This document shows positions 49,372 to 59,543 of a stretch of DNA of 64,000 nucleotides, in pieces. The DNA comes from an uncultured Flavobacteriales bacterium (GTDB lineage Bacteria; Bacteroidota; Bacteroidia; AKYH767-A; 2013-40CM-41-45), in NCBI GenBank assembly GCA_964355885.1, contig CAYHFJ010000002.1, positions 499 to 64,498 on the forward strand. Direction: 5' to 3'. Below the pieces are notes generated by a model. It worked only from the letters and a program-made list of their open reading frames with translations, had not been told where the DNA came from and ran no database searches. The first letter of the stretch is position 1. Each line of letters begins with the position of its first letter. The translations under genes and the position numbers were made by a program.

Positions 49372-49590
49372 GTGGCAAAACAGGCAAACATAGAGCAAGA
49401 TGGATCGATCATCGAAGCATTATCCAATGCTATGTTCCGCGTGGAATTAGAGAACGGTCATGAGATCATTGCACATATATCCGGAAAGATGCGAATGCAT
49501 TACATTAAAATTCTTCCCGGTGATAAAGTGAAAGTTGAAATGTCTCCATACGATCTGACAAAAGGAAGAATAACATATCGATATAAATAG
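49372..49590 (+). CDS. infA: Translation initiation factor IF-1
   Basis: GTG start 3 nt after the map stop. (M)[40 protein letters not shown]. Confidence 0.95.
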   Translation: MAKQANIEQDGSIIEALSNAMFRVELENGHEIIAHISGKMRMHYIKILPGDKVKVEMSPYDLTKGRITYRYK

Positions 49591-49659
49591 TACAAGTCCG
49601 GATGATTAAAAAGAGTCAAAAAATTAATCTCATCCACCAGGCAATAAAAACAAACAGCA

Positions 49660-49776
49660 ATGAAAGTTAAACCCGCAATCAAAAAAAGAAGTGTTGACTG
49701 CAAGATTGTACGCAGGAAAGGACGTTTGTACGTAATCAACAAAAAGAATCCACGGTTTAAACAACGTCAAGGGTAA
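49660..49776 (+). CDS. rpmJ: 50S ribosomal protein L36 (38 aa, Cys-poor form; below the ORF-track cutoff)
   Basis: Hand-translated: [38 protein letters not shown], ending at TAA 49774-49776. Only one of the usual four zinc ligands is present, which matches my recollection of Bacteroidota L36. Confidence 0.9.
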   Translation: MKVKPAIKKRSVDCKIVRRKGRLYVINKKNPRFKQRQG

Positions 49777-49793
49777 TCCTTTTTCGTTTCAGA

Positions 49794-49809
49794 TCCGGTA
49801 TGCCGGATT
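49794..49809 (+). other. GC-rich hairpin between rpmJ and rpsM (possible attenuator or processing site)
   Basis: ATCCGG-tatg-CCGGAT. Only two T residues follow, so it is not a canonical terminator. Confidence 0.25.
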
Positions 49810-49853
49810 TCACAAACCTTAATTATCAATTAATAACATATAACAACAAATAA

Positions 49854-50231
49854 ATGGCTCGTATTGCTGGTATTGATTTACCGAAACACAAAAGAGGCGA
49901 GATAGGTCTGACTTACATTTATGGAATCGGACCGTCAACTGCTCAACGCATCCTGTCACAGGCGGGTATTGATTACAATACCAAGGTTGAAGAGTGGGAC
50001 GACGAACAACTGACGAATATCCGTAACATCATCAATGAGTTGAAGGTGGAAGGTGCACTTCGTTCGGAAGTTCAGCTTAACATTAAACGTCTGGTCGATA
50101 TCAACTGTTACCGTGGTATGCGTCACCGTAACGGTTTGCCGGTACGTGGACAGCGCACAAAGACAAATTGCCGTACCAGAAAAGGAAAACGTAAAACTGT
50201 TGCCAATAAGAAGAAGGCAACCAAAATGTAA
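49854..50231 (+). CDS. rpsM: 30S ribosomal protein S13
   Basis: [10 protein letters not shown]...[20 protein letters not shown]. Confidence 0.97.
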   Translation: MARIAGIDLPKHKRGEIGLTYIYGIGPSTAQRILSQAGIDYNTKVEEWDDEQLTNIRNIINELKVEGALRSEVQLNIKRLVDINCYRGMRHRNGLPVRGQRTKTNCRTRKGKRKTVANKKKATKM

Positions 50232-50240
50232 TTGATCATC

Positions 50241-50648
50241 ATGGCTACTCAACAACAAAATACCGGTAAAGCTAAGGCAGCGAAGAAAAAGGTAGTAAAG
50301 GTGGATGCGATTGGAAAGGCATTTGTCAGCGCAACTTTTAATAACATCATCATCTCACTGACCAATGAATCCGGTCAGGTGATTTCCTGGGCTTCCGCTG
50401 GAAAAATGGGCTTCAAAGGTTCTAAGAAGAATACTCCGTATGCTGCTCAGATGGCTGCTGCTGATTGTGCAAAAGTTGCACATGACATGGGACTTCGAAA
50501 AGTAAAGGTTTTTGTACGTGGACCAGGTGCAGGACGTGAGTCTGCAATCCGTACGCTTCACCAAAGTGGTATTGAGGTGATGGAAATTATGGACATCACT
50601 CCAATTCCTCACAATGGATGCCGCCCTCCGGGAAAGCGTCGCGTTTAA
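50241..50648 (+). CDS. rpsK: 30S ribosomal protein S11
   Basis: [10 protein letters not shown]...[14 protein letters not shown] chose the ATG at 50241 as the start. Confidence 0.96.
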   Translation: MATQQQNTGKAKAAKKKVVKVDAIGKAFVSATFNNIIISLTNESGQVISWASAGKMGFKGSKKNTPYAAQMAAADCAKVAHDMGLRKVKVFVRGPGAGRESAIRTLHQSGIEVMEIMDITPIPHNGCRPPGKRRV

Positions 50649-50693
50649 TTAAAAAGAAAAATAATCAAGTAAAACAGATAGAAATAAATTACC

Positions 50694-51299
50694 ATGGCAA
50701 GATATACTGGACCTACAACCAAGATAGCCCGGAAGTTTCGTGAACCGATCTTCGGTCCTGACAAGGCATTTGAACGTAAAACATATCCTCCGGGACAACA
50801 CGGGCAAACTAAGAAGCGAGCAAAGCAGAGCGAATACTCTGTGCAGCTGATGGAAAAGCAAAAGGTGAAATACATGTATGGAATTCTTGAACGTCAGTTT
50901 GCGAAGATCTTCGTTCGTGCTTCACGTAAAGCCGGTATCACCGGTGAAAACCTGTTGCAGTTGATTGAAGCTCGCCTCGACAACATCGTGTATCGTCTCG
51001 GTATTGCACCTACACGTATGGCAGCTCGTCAACTTGTCGGTCACAGACACATTACTGTAAATGGGAATGTTGTAAACATCTCATCTTATACATGTAAAGC
51101 AGGTGATGTGATTGGTGTTCGTGAACGTTCAAAAGGACTGGAAGTAATCATCGAAGAATTGACCGGTCACGTTAACAAGCATTCCTGGTTAGAGTGGGAC
51201 AGAGCAACAATGAGTGGAAAAATTCTGAATCTTCCTGCCCGTGATCAGATCAGCGAAAATATCAAAGAACAATTAATCGTCGAATTGTACTCTAAATAA
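50694..51299 (+). CDS. rpsD: 30S ribosomal protein S4
   Basis: MARYTGP...LDNIVYRLG (S4 domain). Confidence 0.97.
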   Translation: MARYTGPTTKIARKFREPIFGPDKAFERKTYPPGQHGQTKKRAKQSEYSVQLMEKQKVKYMYGILERQFAKIFVRASRKAGITGENLLQLIEARLDNIVYRLGIAPTRMAARQLVGHRHITVNGNVVNISSYTCKAGDVIGVRERSKGLEVIIEELTGHVNKHSWLEWDRATMSGKILNLPARDQISENIKEQLIVELYSK

Positions 51300-51382
51300 T
51301 CATTTTTGCCTTTTGCTTCTGAATCTTTTCAGAGTGCAATTTGCAGACAAACAATTTTTAACCTTAAACCACAAATTATACA

Positions 51383-52372
51383 ATGGCTATCCTCGCATTT
51401 CAACGTCCGGACAAAGTGATCATGATTCACTCAGATGAGCGTCACGGCGTGTTCGAATTTCGACCGCTTGAACCGGGTTACGGAATTACGGTTGGTAATG
51501 CATTGCGTCGTATCCTTCTTTCTTCATTGGAAGGACATGCAATTACCTCAGTGAAAATGAACGGAGCGGATCATGAATTCTCTACCATAAAGGGAGTTGT
51601 AGAGGACGTTACCGAAGTAGTTTTGAATTTAAAGCAGGTTCGTTTCAAACAGCAAATTCAAGGAACCGATACAGAGAAAGTAACTATTTCTGTAAGCGGA
51701 AAGACAGAATTTACTGCAGGCGATATCAGCAAGTTCACAACTGCTTTTCAGGTGTTGAATCCTGAATTGGTTATCTGCAATATGGAACCTTCTGTAAAAT
51801 TGACCCTGGATCTGCATATCGATAAGGGTCGTGGTTATGTTCCTTCTGAAGAGAATAAAACCGGTACAGCACCGATTGGGACAATTTTTACTGATTCAAT
51901 TTTTACACCAATAAGAAATGTAAAATATTCGGTTGAAAATTATCGTGTCGAGCAAAAGACCGACTATGAAAAGCTGATCATGGAAATCACTACGGATGGT
52001 TCAATTCATCCGAAGGAGGCCTTGAAAGAAGCAGCGGAAATCCTGATCCATCACTTCATGTTGTTCTCTGATGAGAAAATTACTCTTGAAACAAAAGAAA
52101 AAACTCCGACAGAAGAACTTGATGAGAACACATTGCACATGCGTCAGTTACTCAGCACAAAACTGGTAGATATGGATCTCTCTGTTCGTGCATTGAATTG
52201 CCTGAAAGCCGCTGATGTGGAAACTCTGGGTGATCTCGTTTCTTACAACAAAGCGGATCTTTTGAAATTCCGAAACTTCGGAAAGAAGTCATTGACCGAA
52301 TTGGAAGAATTGGTCAGAGCAAAGAATCTTACTTTCGGAATGAACGTAGGAAAATATCTTGATAAAAAATAA
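51383..52372 (+). CDS. rpoA: DNA-directed RNA polymerase subunit alpha
   Basis: [17 protein letters not shown] in the N-terminal domain and [20 protein letters not shown] in the C-terminal domain. Confidence 0.97.
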   Translation: MAILAFQRPDKVIMIHSDERHGVFEFRPLEPGYGITVGNALRRILLSSLEGHAITSVKMNGADHEFSTIKGVVEDVTEVVLNLKQVRFKQQIQGTDTEKVTISVSGKTEFTAGDISKFTTAFQVLNPELVICNMEPSVKLTLDLHIDKGRGYVPSEENKTGTAPIGTIFTDSIFTPIRNVKYSVENYRVEQKTDYEKLIMEITTDGSIHPKEALKEAAEILIHHFMLFSDEKITLETKEKTPTEELDENTLHMRQLLSTKLVDMDLSVRALNCLKAADVETLGDLVSYNKADLLKFRNFGKKSLTELEELVRAKNLTFGMNVGKYLDKK

Positions 52373-52442
52373 GCAGAATTTAGTTTAAATATTAATCGGA
52401 ACTGCCTCTGTAAAAGATGGCAGAGACAACAGAGATAATAAA

Positions 52443-53009
52443 ATGAGACACGGTAAGAAATTTAACCATCTGGGAAGACAGCATAGCCACCGTCAGGCGA
52501 TGCTTTCGAATATGGCCACATCCCTGATTCTAAGTAAGCGAATCACAACGACATTGGCAAAAGCCAAAGAACTACGTAAATATGTTGAACCGTTGATCAC
52601 ACGTTCAAAGGATGATTCAACTCATTCGCGCAGGATGGCATTCAGATATCTTCAAGATAAACCTGCTGTTATTGAATTGTTCCGCGAAGTAGCACCTAAG
52701 GTTGCTGATCGTCCGGGAGGATATACCCGCATTATCAAATTACAAAACCGTCTGGGTGATAATGCCGAGATGTGTATGATGGAGTTGGTTGATTTCAACC
52801 TCTTACTTTTAGGTGATGGTACAACTGCCGCTCCTGCTAAAAAAGCCGCGAAGACAACACGTCGTAGTGGTGGTGCTAAGAAGAAGGCTAGCGATACAGA
52901 AACCAAAGGAGACGCAGAAGCAACAGAAAAAGCACCAAAGAAAGCAGCAGTTAAAAAACCTGAAGCGTCTAAGAAAAAGGCTGAGGACAAAAAGGATAAA
53001 GAAGACTAA
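52443..53009 (+). CDS. rplQ: 50S ribosomal protein L17 with a Lys/Ala/Glu-rich C-terminal tail
   Basis: [12 protein letters not shown]...GGYTRIIKL core of about 120 aa, followed by a tail of about 68 aa ([60 protein letters not shown]). Confidence 0.95.
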   Translation: MRHGKKFNHLGRQHSHRQAMLSNMATSLILSKRITTTLAKAKELRKYVEPLITRSKDDSTHSRRMAFRYLQDKPAVIELFREVAPKVADRPGGYTRIIKLQNRLGDNAEMCMMELVDFNLLLLGDGTTAAPAKKAAKTTRRSGGAKKKASDTETKGDAEATEKAPKKAAVKKPEASKKKAEDKKDKED

Positions 53010-53030
53010 TTTCTTCACTAATATTTAAAG

Positions 53031-53066
53031 GCGGAATAGACCAAAAGTTTTATTCCGCTTTTTTTT
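53031..53066 (+). terminator. Rho-independent terminator ending the ribosomal protein block
   Basis: GCGGAATA (53031-53038), 12-nt loop, TATTCCGC (53051-53058), then T8. Confidence 0.8.
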
Positions 53067-53136
53067 GTCTTTTTGTCTCTATAATCGCTTTTTTCGATAT
53101 TTATGAACATGACGAAAAGTTCGGTGGTAAAAATGG

Positions 53137-53144
53137 TATCTTTG
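53137..53144 (+). promoter_or_regulatory. Bacteroidota-type -7 box for carA
   Basis: TATCTTTG ends 15 nt upstream of the carA ATG at 53160. Confidence 0.4.
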
Positions 53145-53159
53145 AAAAACCTTTTTTAA

Positions 53160-54275
53160 ATGAAATACACCGAAAAAAAGCCTGCAATCCTTGTTTTGGA
53201 AGATGGAACGGTTTTCCATGGGAAAGCTGCCGGAGCCATTGGCACCACTACAGGGGAAATTTGTTTCAATACCGGGATGACCGGTTATCAGGAGATTTTT
53301 ACAGATCCTTCTTATTTCGGACAGATTCTTTTGGCCACCCATGTACATATTGGAAATTACGGAATTCATCCTGACGAGGTAGAAAGTGATGGGGTGAAAA
53401 TATCCGGTTTGGTTTGCCGCGGGTTCAATGAAACGTACTCCCGTCCAAGCGCTACAAAGTCTATTCAGGAATATTTCGAGGAGCAGAAAGTTGTAGCCAT
53501 CTGCGATGTGGACACACGGGCCATCGTTCGTCATATCCGTAGCAAGGGTGCAATGAATTGTATCATCTCTTCAGAAATTCCTGATGTCACACGATTAAAG
53601 AAAATGCTCAAGGACGTTCCTTCTATGGCAGGTTTGGAATTGTCGTCTATGGTAACCACTTCAGTGCCTTACTTTTTTGGGGACCCTAATTCGAAATTAA
53701 AAGTGGCTGTACTTGATTTTGGCGTAAAGAGAAACATCCTTCGCAGTCTGATGAAGCGTGATTGCTATGTTCAAGTTTTTCCTGCTCGCACAAGTTTTTC
53801 AGATCTGAAGGCATGGAATCCGGATGGTATACTATTATCGAATGGTCCGGGTGATCCATCAGCGATGCAGTATGCTGTGAAGACAGTGAAGGAAATTCTA
53901 ACAAGTAATATTCCGGTTTTCGGAATTTGTCTCGGACATCAGCTGCTTGCTGAGGCCTGTGGAATCAGTACCTATAAAATGTTTAACGGACACCGTGGAA
54001 TAAATCATCCGGTTAAGAATATTATTACCGGTCATTGTGAAATCACTTCACAGAATCACGGATTTGCAATTGTTGAAGATGATGTAAAGAATTCGAAAAC
54101 GGTAGAAGTAACTCATGTGAATTTGAATGATGGAACAATCGAAGGAATTCGTGTGAAAGATGCAGTAGCCTTCAGCGTTCAATACCATCCCGAAGCCGCA
54201 CCCGGCCCGCATGACAGTATTTATCTTTTTGATGATTTTGTTTCAGCAATGAAAAGTGTGGAAGTGGAACAGTAA
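53160..54275 (+). CDS. carA: Carbamoyl-phosphate synthase small (glutamine amidotransferase) subunit
   Basis: EICFNTGMTGYQE in the N-terminal domain; GICLGHQLL active-site Cys and the YHPEA motif. Confidence 0.95.
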   Translation: MKYTEKKPAILVLEDGTVFHGKAAGAIGTTTGEICFNTGMTGYQEIFTDPSYFGQILLATHVHIGNYGIHPDEVESDGVKISGLVCRGFNETYSRPSATKSIQEYFEEQKVVAICDVDTRAIVRHIRSKGAMNCIISSEIPDVTRLKKMLKDVPSMAGLELSSMVTTSVPYFFGDPNSKLKVAVLDFGVKRNILRSLMKRDCYVQVFPARTSFSDLKAWNPDGILLSNGPGDPSAMQYAVKTVKEILTSNIPVFGICLGHQLLAEACGISTYKMFNGHRGINHPVKNIITGHCEITSQNHGFAIVEDDVKNSKTVEVTHVNLNDGTIEGIRVKDAVAFSVQYHPEAAPGPHDSIYLFDDFVSAMKSVEVEQ

Positions 54276-54305
54276 AAGAAAAAGCAATGTGGAAAAATTG
54301 CATTT

Positions 54306-55061
54306 TCAAAGAGTAGTATTTCTGACACCCTGATTTAGCAATTTTGCAATGTATTTTTCTGAAACGACTTTTTGTAGGGCATCCAGATGTCTTTGTCCAT
54401 GCAGATCGCTTCCAATAAAATCAATCAGATTCTCATCTATCATTCTTTCAGCTATTTTTTTGGCAGGTCCACCATAGTAGCCCACTAAAGAATTTGTATT
54501 AAGCTGAAGAAGAGCACCGGCTTCTTTGATGCGATAATACTCTTCAAATTTAGAATACCAGAAGGGATATCGTTCGGGATGTGCAAGTACAGGAATATAG
54601 CCCCGGATATTCAATTCAAATAATATTGAACTCAAAGTATCTGGCGGATTGATATAAGAGACTTCAAACAATACATAGTTTTTGCCAAAGGTCAGGAGTT
54701 TTTCTTCCCTGATTTTGTCTATAAATTGTTCATCGAGATAATATTCCGCTGCTGCGTCTAACTCTACAGGTATACCTTGTTTTTTTATTTCTGCCCTAAC
54801 CTTGGCGAGTCCTTCCAGAATGATCTCCGGAGTATTACGGAAATAATCACTCATGATATGTGGAGTTGTGATCAGTTTTTTAAATCCAAGGGCAGAGAGA
54901 GCTCTGATCATCTCTATTGACTCTTCCATTGTTTGCACACCATCATCAATTCCGGGAATTAAGTGGGAATGGATATCAGTTTGGAAGGCTGAAAGATCAG
55001 TCAGGGGAGGGAAATCAGGTTCCGCTTTTTTTCTTGAAAAAAAAGATTTGATGGAATTCAT
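54306..55061 (-). CDS. CpsB/CapC-type PHP-domain protein-tyrosine phosphatase (capsule/EPS regulation)
   Basis: DIHSHLIPGIDDG start motif, HPERY, and a C-terminal GSDLHG motif. Confidence 0.8.
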   Translation of the reverse strand: MNSIKSFFSRKKAEPDFPPLTDLSAFQTDIHSHLIPGIDDGVQTMEESIEMIRALSALGFKKLITTPHIMSDYFRNTPEIILEGLAKVRAEIKKQGIPVELDAAAEYYLDEQFIDKIREEKLLTFGKNYVLFEVSYINPPDTLSSILFELNIRGYIPVLAHPERYPFWYSKFEEYYRIKEAGALLQLNTNSLVGYYGGPAKKIAERMIDENLIDFIGSDLHGQRHLDALQKVVSEKYIAKLLNQGVRNTTL

Positions 55062-56084
55062 TTAATTTGAATTAATGGTTGATTTCCGGAACCATTCAAA
55101 AGTTTTCTCAAGTCCTTCTGCCAGATATACTGATGGCTTATATCCAAGAAGATTTCCTGCTTTTGAGATATCAGCCAAAGAATTTTTAATATCGCCTTCA
55201 CGACTTGCTCTGTAATTTGGCCTGAGTGTTGATTCGCATAAGCCTGCAATCAGATTGAATAGTTGATTGATGGAAGATCTTTCTCCTACAGCTACATTGT
55301 AAACCTGATTAAGTGATTCAGGATTTGTGTTGAACAAAGCAAGAATGTTTGCCTGAACTGCATTTTCAACATAGGTGAAGTCTCGTGTTTGTTCTCCGTC
55401 GCCATCAATAAAGGGTGCTTTATTGTCAAGCACTGACTGGATGAACAAAGGAACAACAGCCGCATAAGGGCCATCAGGACTTTGATTTGGTCCAAATACA
55501 TTGAAATAGCGCAGTCCAATAATTTCCATATTATAGGTGTCTGCAAAGACCCGGGCGTATAGTTCATTACTCTTTTTACTTACCGCATAAGGAGACAAGG
55601 GATTTCCGGTTTCGGCTTCTCTTTTAGGCAGTACAGGATGATCACCATAGACAGATGAGGAGCTCGCGTAAACGAAGCGTTTGGCCTTGGCGTCACGCGC
55701 GGCAACTAACATATTTAAAAAGCCTGTTGCATTAATTGCATGGGTTGTTTGGGGATCCTTAACTGATCTGGGAACAGAACCTAATGCTGCCTGGTGAGAA
55801 ACAAATTCGATTCCCTTGCAGGCTTTAGCACATATCTCCGAATCCCGGATATCACCTTCCAGGAATTCTACATTGGGCAAGTCGAGAAATGGACGGATAT
55901 TTTCAATGGAGCTAGTAAGCAAATTGTCCAGGATGCGAACGTGACCGGCTTTATGAGCAACCAGGTATTCTACTAAGTTGGAGCCGATAAAACCGGAGCC
56001 TCCTGTGATCAGAAAAGAATTTTTGCTGATATCAATTGTATGAAAAGGGGTAGTAGGCATATTTATAATTCTATTAGTAAGCAA
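55062..56084 (-). CDS. Extended-SDR nucleotide-sugar 4-epimerase (WbpP/TviC-like)
   Basis: ITGGSGFIGSNL, the YAVSK catalytic motif, and LRYFNVFGP. The start may be the Met at 56060. Substrate is inferred from neighbours only. Confidence 0.7.
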   Translation of the reverse strand: MLTNRIINMPTTPFHTIDISKNSFLITGGSGFIGSNLVEYLVAHKAGHVRILDNLLTSSIENIRPFLDLPNVEFLEGDIRDSEICAKACKGIEFVSHQAALGSVPRSVKDPQTTHAINATGFLNMLVAARDAKAKRFVYASSSSVYGDHPVLPKREAETGNPLSPYAVSKKSNELYARVFADTYNMEIIGLRYFNVFGPNQSPDGPYAAVVPLFIQSVLDNKAPFIDGDGEQTRDFTYVENAVQANILALFNTNPESLNQVYNVAVGERSSINQLFNLIAGLCESTLRPNYRASREGDIKNSLADISKAGNLLGYKPSVYLAEGLEKTFEWFRKSTINSN

Positions 56085-56102
56085 AATTTTGTTAAAGAAA
56101 AA

Positions 56103-57185
56103 TTAACGATGAGTATATTGTTGCGAATAGTATTCAAGATATTCTCCGGAAGTAACCTGTTGCAGCCATTCTTCATTTTGTAAATACCAGTCCACTGTTT
56201 TTTCTAATCCTTCCTCGAATTGGAGTGATGGTTTCCATCCGAAGTCGTTTTGTAATTTCGATGAGTCAATTGCATACCTAAGATCATGTCCGGCCCTGTC
56301 TTTTACATAAGTAATCAAAGCGGCTGATGTTCCTTCAGGTCTCTTGAGTTTTCGGTCCATGATGCTGCACAACAAAAGTATCAGATCAATGTTTCTCCAT
56401 TCATTGTGTCCCCCAATATTATAGGTGCTTCCGGGTTTCGCTTTGTGAAAGAGGACATCAATTGCGCGTGCATGATCTTCCACGAAGAGCCAGTCGCGGA
56501 CATTTTCACCTTTTCCATAAACCGGGACAGGTTTATTATTCTTAATATTGTTTATGGCAAGAGGAATTAATTTTTCAGGAAAATGATGCGATCCATAATT
56601 GTTTGAACAATTCGAGATTACTGCAGGTAGTCCGTATGTGTCAAAATAAGCCCTGACCATGTGATCAGAACTTGCCTTAGAAGCAGAGTAGGGGCTGTGC
56701 GGATCATAGAGAGATTTTTCTGTAAAATAGCCGCTCTTTCCTAAAGAACCATAAACCTCATCTGTAGAAACATGATAAAATATATTTCGTTCTGTTGCTT
56801 CTTGTTTTGCATCCTCACCTTGCCATTGGTTTCTCGCAGCGTTTAACAGATTCACAGTTCCAACTACATTGGTCATAATAAAATCCATCGGGTTGGCAAT
56901 ACTTCTGTCTACGTGAGATTCCGCTGCAAGGTGAATCACAGCATCAAATTTTCTATCCTGAAACAGGTTTTGAATAAATTCCGCGTCGATGATATCTCCT
57001 TTGATGAAATCATAGTTCGCTTTATTTTCAACATCCTTCAAGTTAGTCAGGTTGCCTGCATAGGTGAGTTTATCGAGGTTAATGATTTTATAATCCGGAT
57101 ACTTGTTTACAAACAATCTGACGACATGCGAACCAATGAAACCTGCGCCACCGGTAATTAATATGTTTCTCTTGAAATTGGTCAT
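56103..57185 (-). CDS. rfbB: dTDP-glucose 4,6-dehydratase
   Basis: ILITGGAGFIGSH, STDEVYG and YSASKASSDH. I chose the MTNFKRN Met (57185) as the start; the tracked start would overlap galE. Confidence 0.9.
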   Translation of the reverse strand: MTNFKRNILITGGAGFIGSHVVRLFVNKYPDYKIINLDKLTYAGNLTNLKDVENKANYDFIKGDIIDAEFIQNLFQDRKFDAVIHLAAESHVDRSIANPMDFIMTNVVGTVNLLNAARNQWQGEDAKQEATERNIFYHVSTDEVYGSLGKSGYFTEKSLYDPHSPYSASKASSDHMVRAYFDTYGLPAVISNCSNNYGSHHFPEKLIPLAINNIKNNKPVPVYGKGENVRDWLFVEDHARAIDVLFHKAKPGSTYNIGGHNEWRNIDLILLLCSIMDRKLKRPEGTSAALITYVKDRAGHDLRYAIDSSKLQNDFGWKPSLQFEEGLEKTVDWYLQNEEWLQQVTSGEYLEYYSQQYTHR

Positions 57186-57208
57186 TGGGAAATAATATGA
57201 TTTTCCGA

Positions 57209-58228
57209 TTAATGTGAAATAGCTTTCAGTTCCTGTTCCCAGGCCCATGCACTGCTGACAATATCTTCAAGAGAATGTTCAGCCTTCCAGCCTAATTCAA
57301 GATTCGCTTTAGTGGTATCAGCATAAACTTTTTCTACATCTCCAGTGCGACGAGGGCCGATTTTATAATTTAATTTTTGTCCTGTCACTTTTTCGAAAGT
57401 ATGAATGACCTCAAGAACCGTGTTGCCTCGACCTGTGCCCAGGTTAAATATTTCGAACGAATCCTTATTCTTTTTATCAAGAAGCCTTGAAACGGCAGTT
57501 ACATGGGCTCTGGCAATGTCGACAACATGAACGTAATCGCGAACACAGGTTCCGTCAGAAGTGTTGTAGTCGTCTCCGAAAATCTCGACCACCTCGCGGA
57601 GTCCTGCGGCGGTCTGTGTGATTACCGGTACAAGATTGGTAGGAGACTGAAGGGGATATTCCCCCAACAGTGCTGAACTATGTGCCCCTGCAGGATTAAA
57701 GTAGCGTAAAGCGCATCCGTTCATTGAATGCACTTTTAGTACATCGGCGAGAATATTTTCACCAATTTGTTTAGTGTAGCCGTAGGGAGATTCGGCTTTT
57801 CCCAGTTTGGACTTTTCGTGAACAGGTTGTTCCTCACTTTGACCATAGACTGAACATGAGCTTGAGAAAACAAAATTGTCCAGTTTTCTTTCTTTATGGA
57901 TTTCCAGTAAATTAATTAATGATAAGAGATTATTCCTGTAATATTTCAAAGGATTTTCAACTGATTCTCCGACTGCTTTGAATGCCGCAAAGTGTATTGT
58001 CGCCTGAATTTTATAAACGGAAAAAAATTTGTCCAGTTCTTCTTTGTTGCACAAATCTATATTGAAGAACTGTATTCCTTTTCCGGTAATTTTCTCAATA
58101 GCATGTATTACCTCTTCCCGGGAATTGCTTAGGTTGTCAATCAGGATGGGGTTAAATCCTTGCAAGGATAATTCAACCGCTGTATGCGATCCAATGTATC
58201 CGGTTCCTCCTGTGACAAGAATATTCAT
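57209..58228 (-). CDS. galE: UDP-glucose 4-epimerase
   Basis: ILVTGGTGYIGSH, YGYTKQIGE and LRYFNPAGAH. Confidence 0.88.
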   Translation of the reverse strand: MNILVTGGTGYIGSHTAVELSLQGFNPILIDNLSNSREEVIHAIEKITGKGIQFFNIDLCNKEELDKFFSVYKIQATIHFAAFKAVGESVENPLKYYRNNLLSLINLLEIHKERKLDNFVFSSSCSVYGQSEEQPVHEKSKLGKAESPYGYTKQIGENILADVLKVHSMNGCALRYFNPAGAHSSALLGEYPLQSPTNLVPVITQTAAGLREVVEIFGDDYNTSDGTCVRDYVHVVDIARAHVTAVSRLLDKKNKDSFEIFNLGTGRGNTVLEVIHTFEKVTGQKLNYKIGPRRTGDVEKVYADTTKANLELGWKAEHSLEDIVSSAWAWEQELKAISH

Positions 58229-58229
58229 T

Positions 58230-59522
58230 TTATAGACTCCAGTAATTAATCTCTTTTATTTTTTTATTATACATTCCTTTAATGTCAACCAGAACGCCTT
58301 CTTTAGTCAGGATATTTTTGAACCATTGCTCGTCTTTATCGGCATACTCTAAGTGATTTACTGCAACAATTATGGCATCGTAATCTTTTCCAATCTGGTT
58401 TACTAATTCAAATCCGTATTCATGTTTCAGATCCGCTGAGTTTGCACGTGGATCGGTGACCTCCACCTGAACTCCGTATGATATCAATTCTTTAACCACA
58501 TCTGCAACTTTTGAATTGCGTATATCATCGACATTTTCCTTAAACGTGGCACCCATTACCAGTACGCGGCTTTTTGAAACATCTTTTCCTGAAGCAATAA
58601 TTTTTTTAACAGTTTGCTTGGCAACATAAAATCCCATGCTGTCATTCACATAACGCCCGCTGTTAATTACCTGGGCATGATATCCCAATTCCTGAGCTTT
58701 ATAGGTAAGGTAATAAGGATCCACTCCGATGCAATGACCACCGACTAATCCCGGTTTGAAATGAATGAAATTCCATTTTGTACCTGCAGCTTCCAATACA
58801 TCAAAAGCATTAATACCCATCTTATTAAAAATGATGGATAGTTCATTCATCAATGCGATGTTCACATCACGTTGAGTATTTTCAATAATCTTGGCCGCTT
58901 CAGCAACTTTGATGGATGAGGCTTTGTATACACCTGCTCGCACAATGATTTCATAGGTTGCGGCTATATTTTCAAGGGACTCATCATCACATCCTGAAAC
59001 TACTTTAAGTATTTTGGTGATGGTGTGTTCCTTATCACCGGGATTTATGCGTTCCGGAGAATAGCCGGCTTTGAAATCTTCTTTATATCTGAGACCGGAA
59101 AGTTCTTCGAGTATAGGAATGCAATCTTCTTCGGTACAACCCGGATATACTGTTGATTCGTATACGACATAGTCACCTTTTTTCAAGGCCTTACCGATAA
59201 ATTTCGTTGCGCTCAAAAGTGGCTTTAGATCCGGTAGGTTGTGTTCATCAATTGGAGTGGGAACCGTGACAATAAAAAAGTTTGCTTCCTTGAGTTTTTC
59301 AGGAGAGGAAGTAAATTCAATATCTGTTCCCTGAAAATCTTCTGAATTTAATTCACCACTGGGATCAATGCCCTGACGCATTTTCGCGAGACGATCTTCG
59401 TTAATGTCGAATCCAATAACCTGAACCTTTCTTGAAAATTCAAGAGCGATTGGTAATCCGACATAGCCGAGACCTAGTACAGCTATCTTCTTTTTTTTAT
59501 CTTTTATTTCTTGAGAAATCAT
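58230..59522 (-). CDS. UDP-N-acetyl-hexosamine 6-dehydrogenase (WbpA/TviB/WbpO-type nucleotide-sugar dehydrogenase)
   Basis: IAVLGLGYVGLPIA Rossmann start and the catalytic GGHCIGVDP motif; 430 aa. The context (oxidoreductase, acetyltransferase and aminotransferase genes upstream on the same strand) points to a GlcNAc substrate. Confidence 0.75.
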   Translation of the reverse strand: MISQEIKDKKKKIAVLGLGYVGLPIALEFSRKVQVIGFDINEDRLAKMRQGIDPSGELNSEDFQGTDIEFTSSPEKLKEANFFIVTVPTPIDEHNLPDLKPLLSATKFIGKALKKGDYVVYESTVYPGCTEEDCIPILEELSGLRYKEDFKAGYSPERINPGDKEHTITKILKVVSGCDDESLENIAATYEIIVRAGVYKASSIKVAEAAKIIENTQRDVNIALMNELSIIFNKMGINAFDVLEAAGTKWNFIHFKPGLVGGHCIGVDPYYLTYKAQELGYHAQVINSGRYVNDSMGFYVAKQTVKKIIASGKDVSKSRVLVMGATFKENVDDIRNSKVADVVKELISYGVQVEVTDPRANSADLKHEYGFELVNQIGKDYDAIIVAVNHLEYADKDEQWFKNILTKEGVLVDIKGMYNKKIKEINYWSL

Positions 59523-59543
59523 AATGAGTAATGTCGTGATAAA

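Noticed and set aside
53079-53534. A 151-aa minus-strand ORF.
   Set aside because: It is antisense to the carA promoter and the N-terminal coding region, and carA is the confident call.
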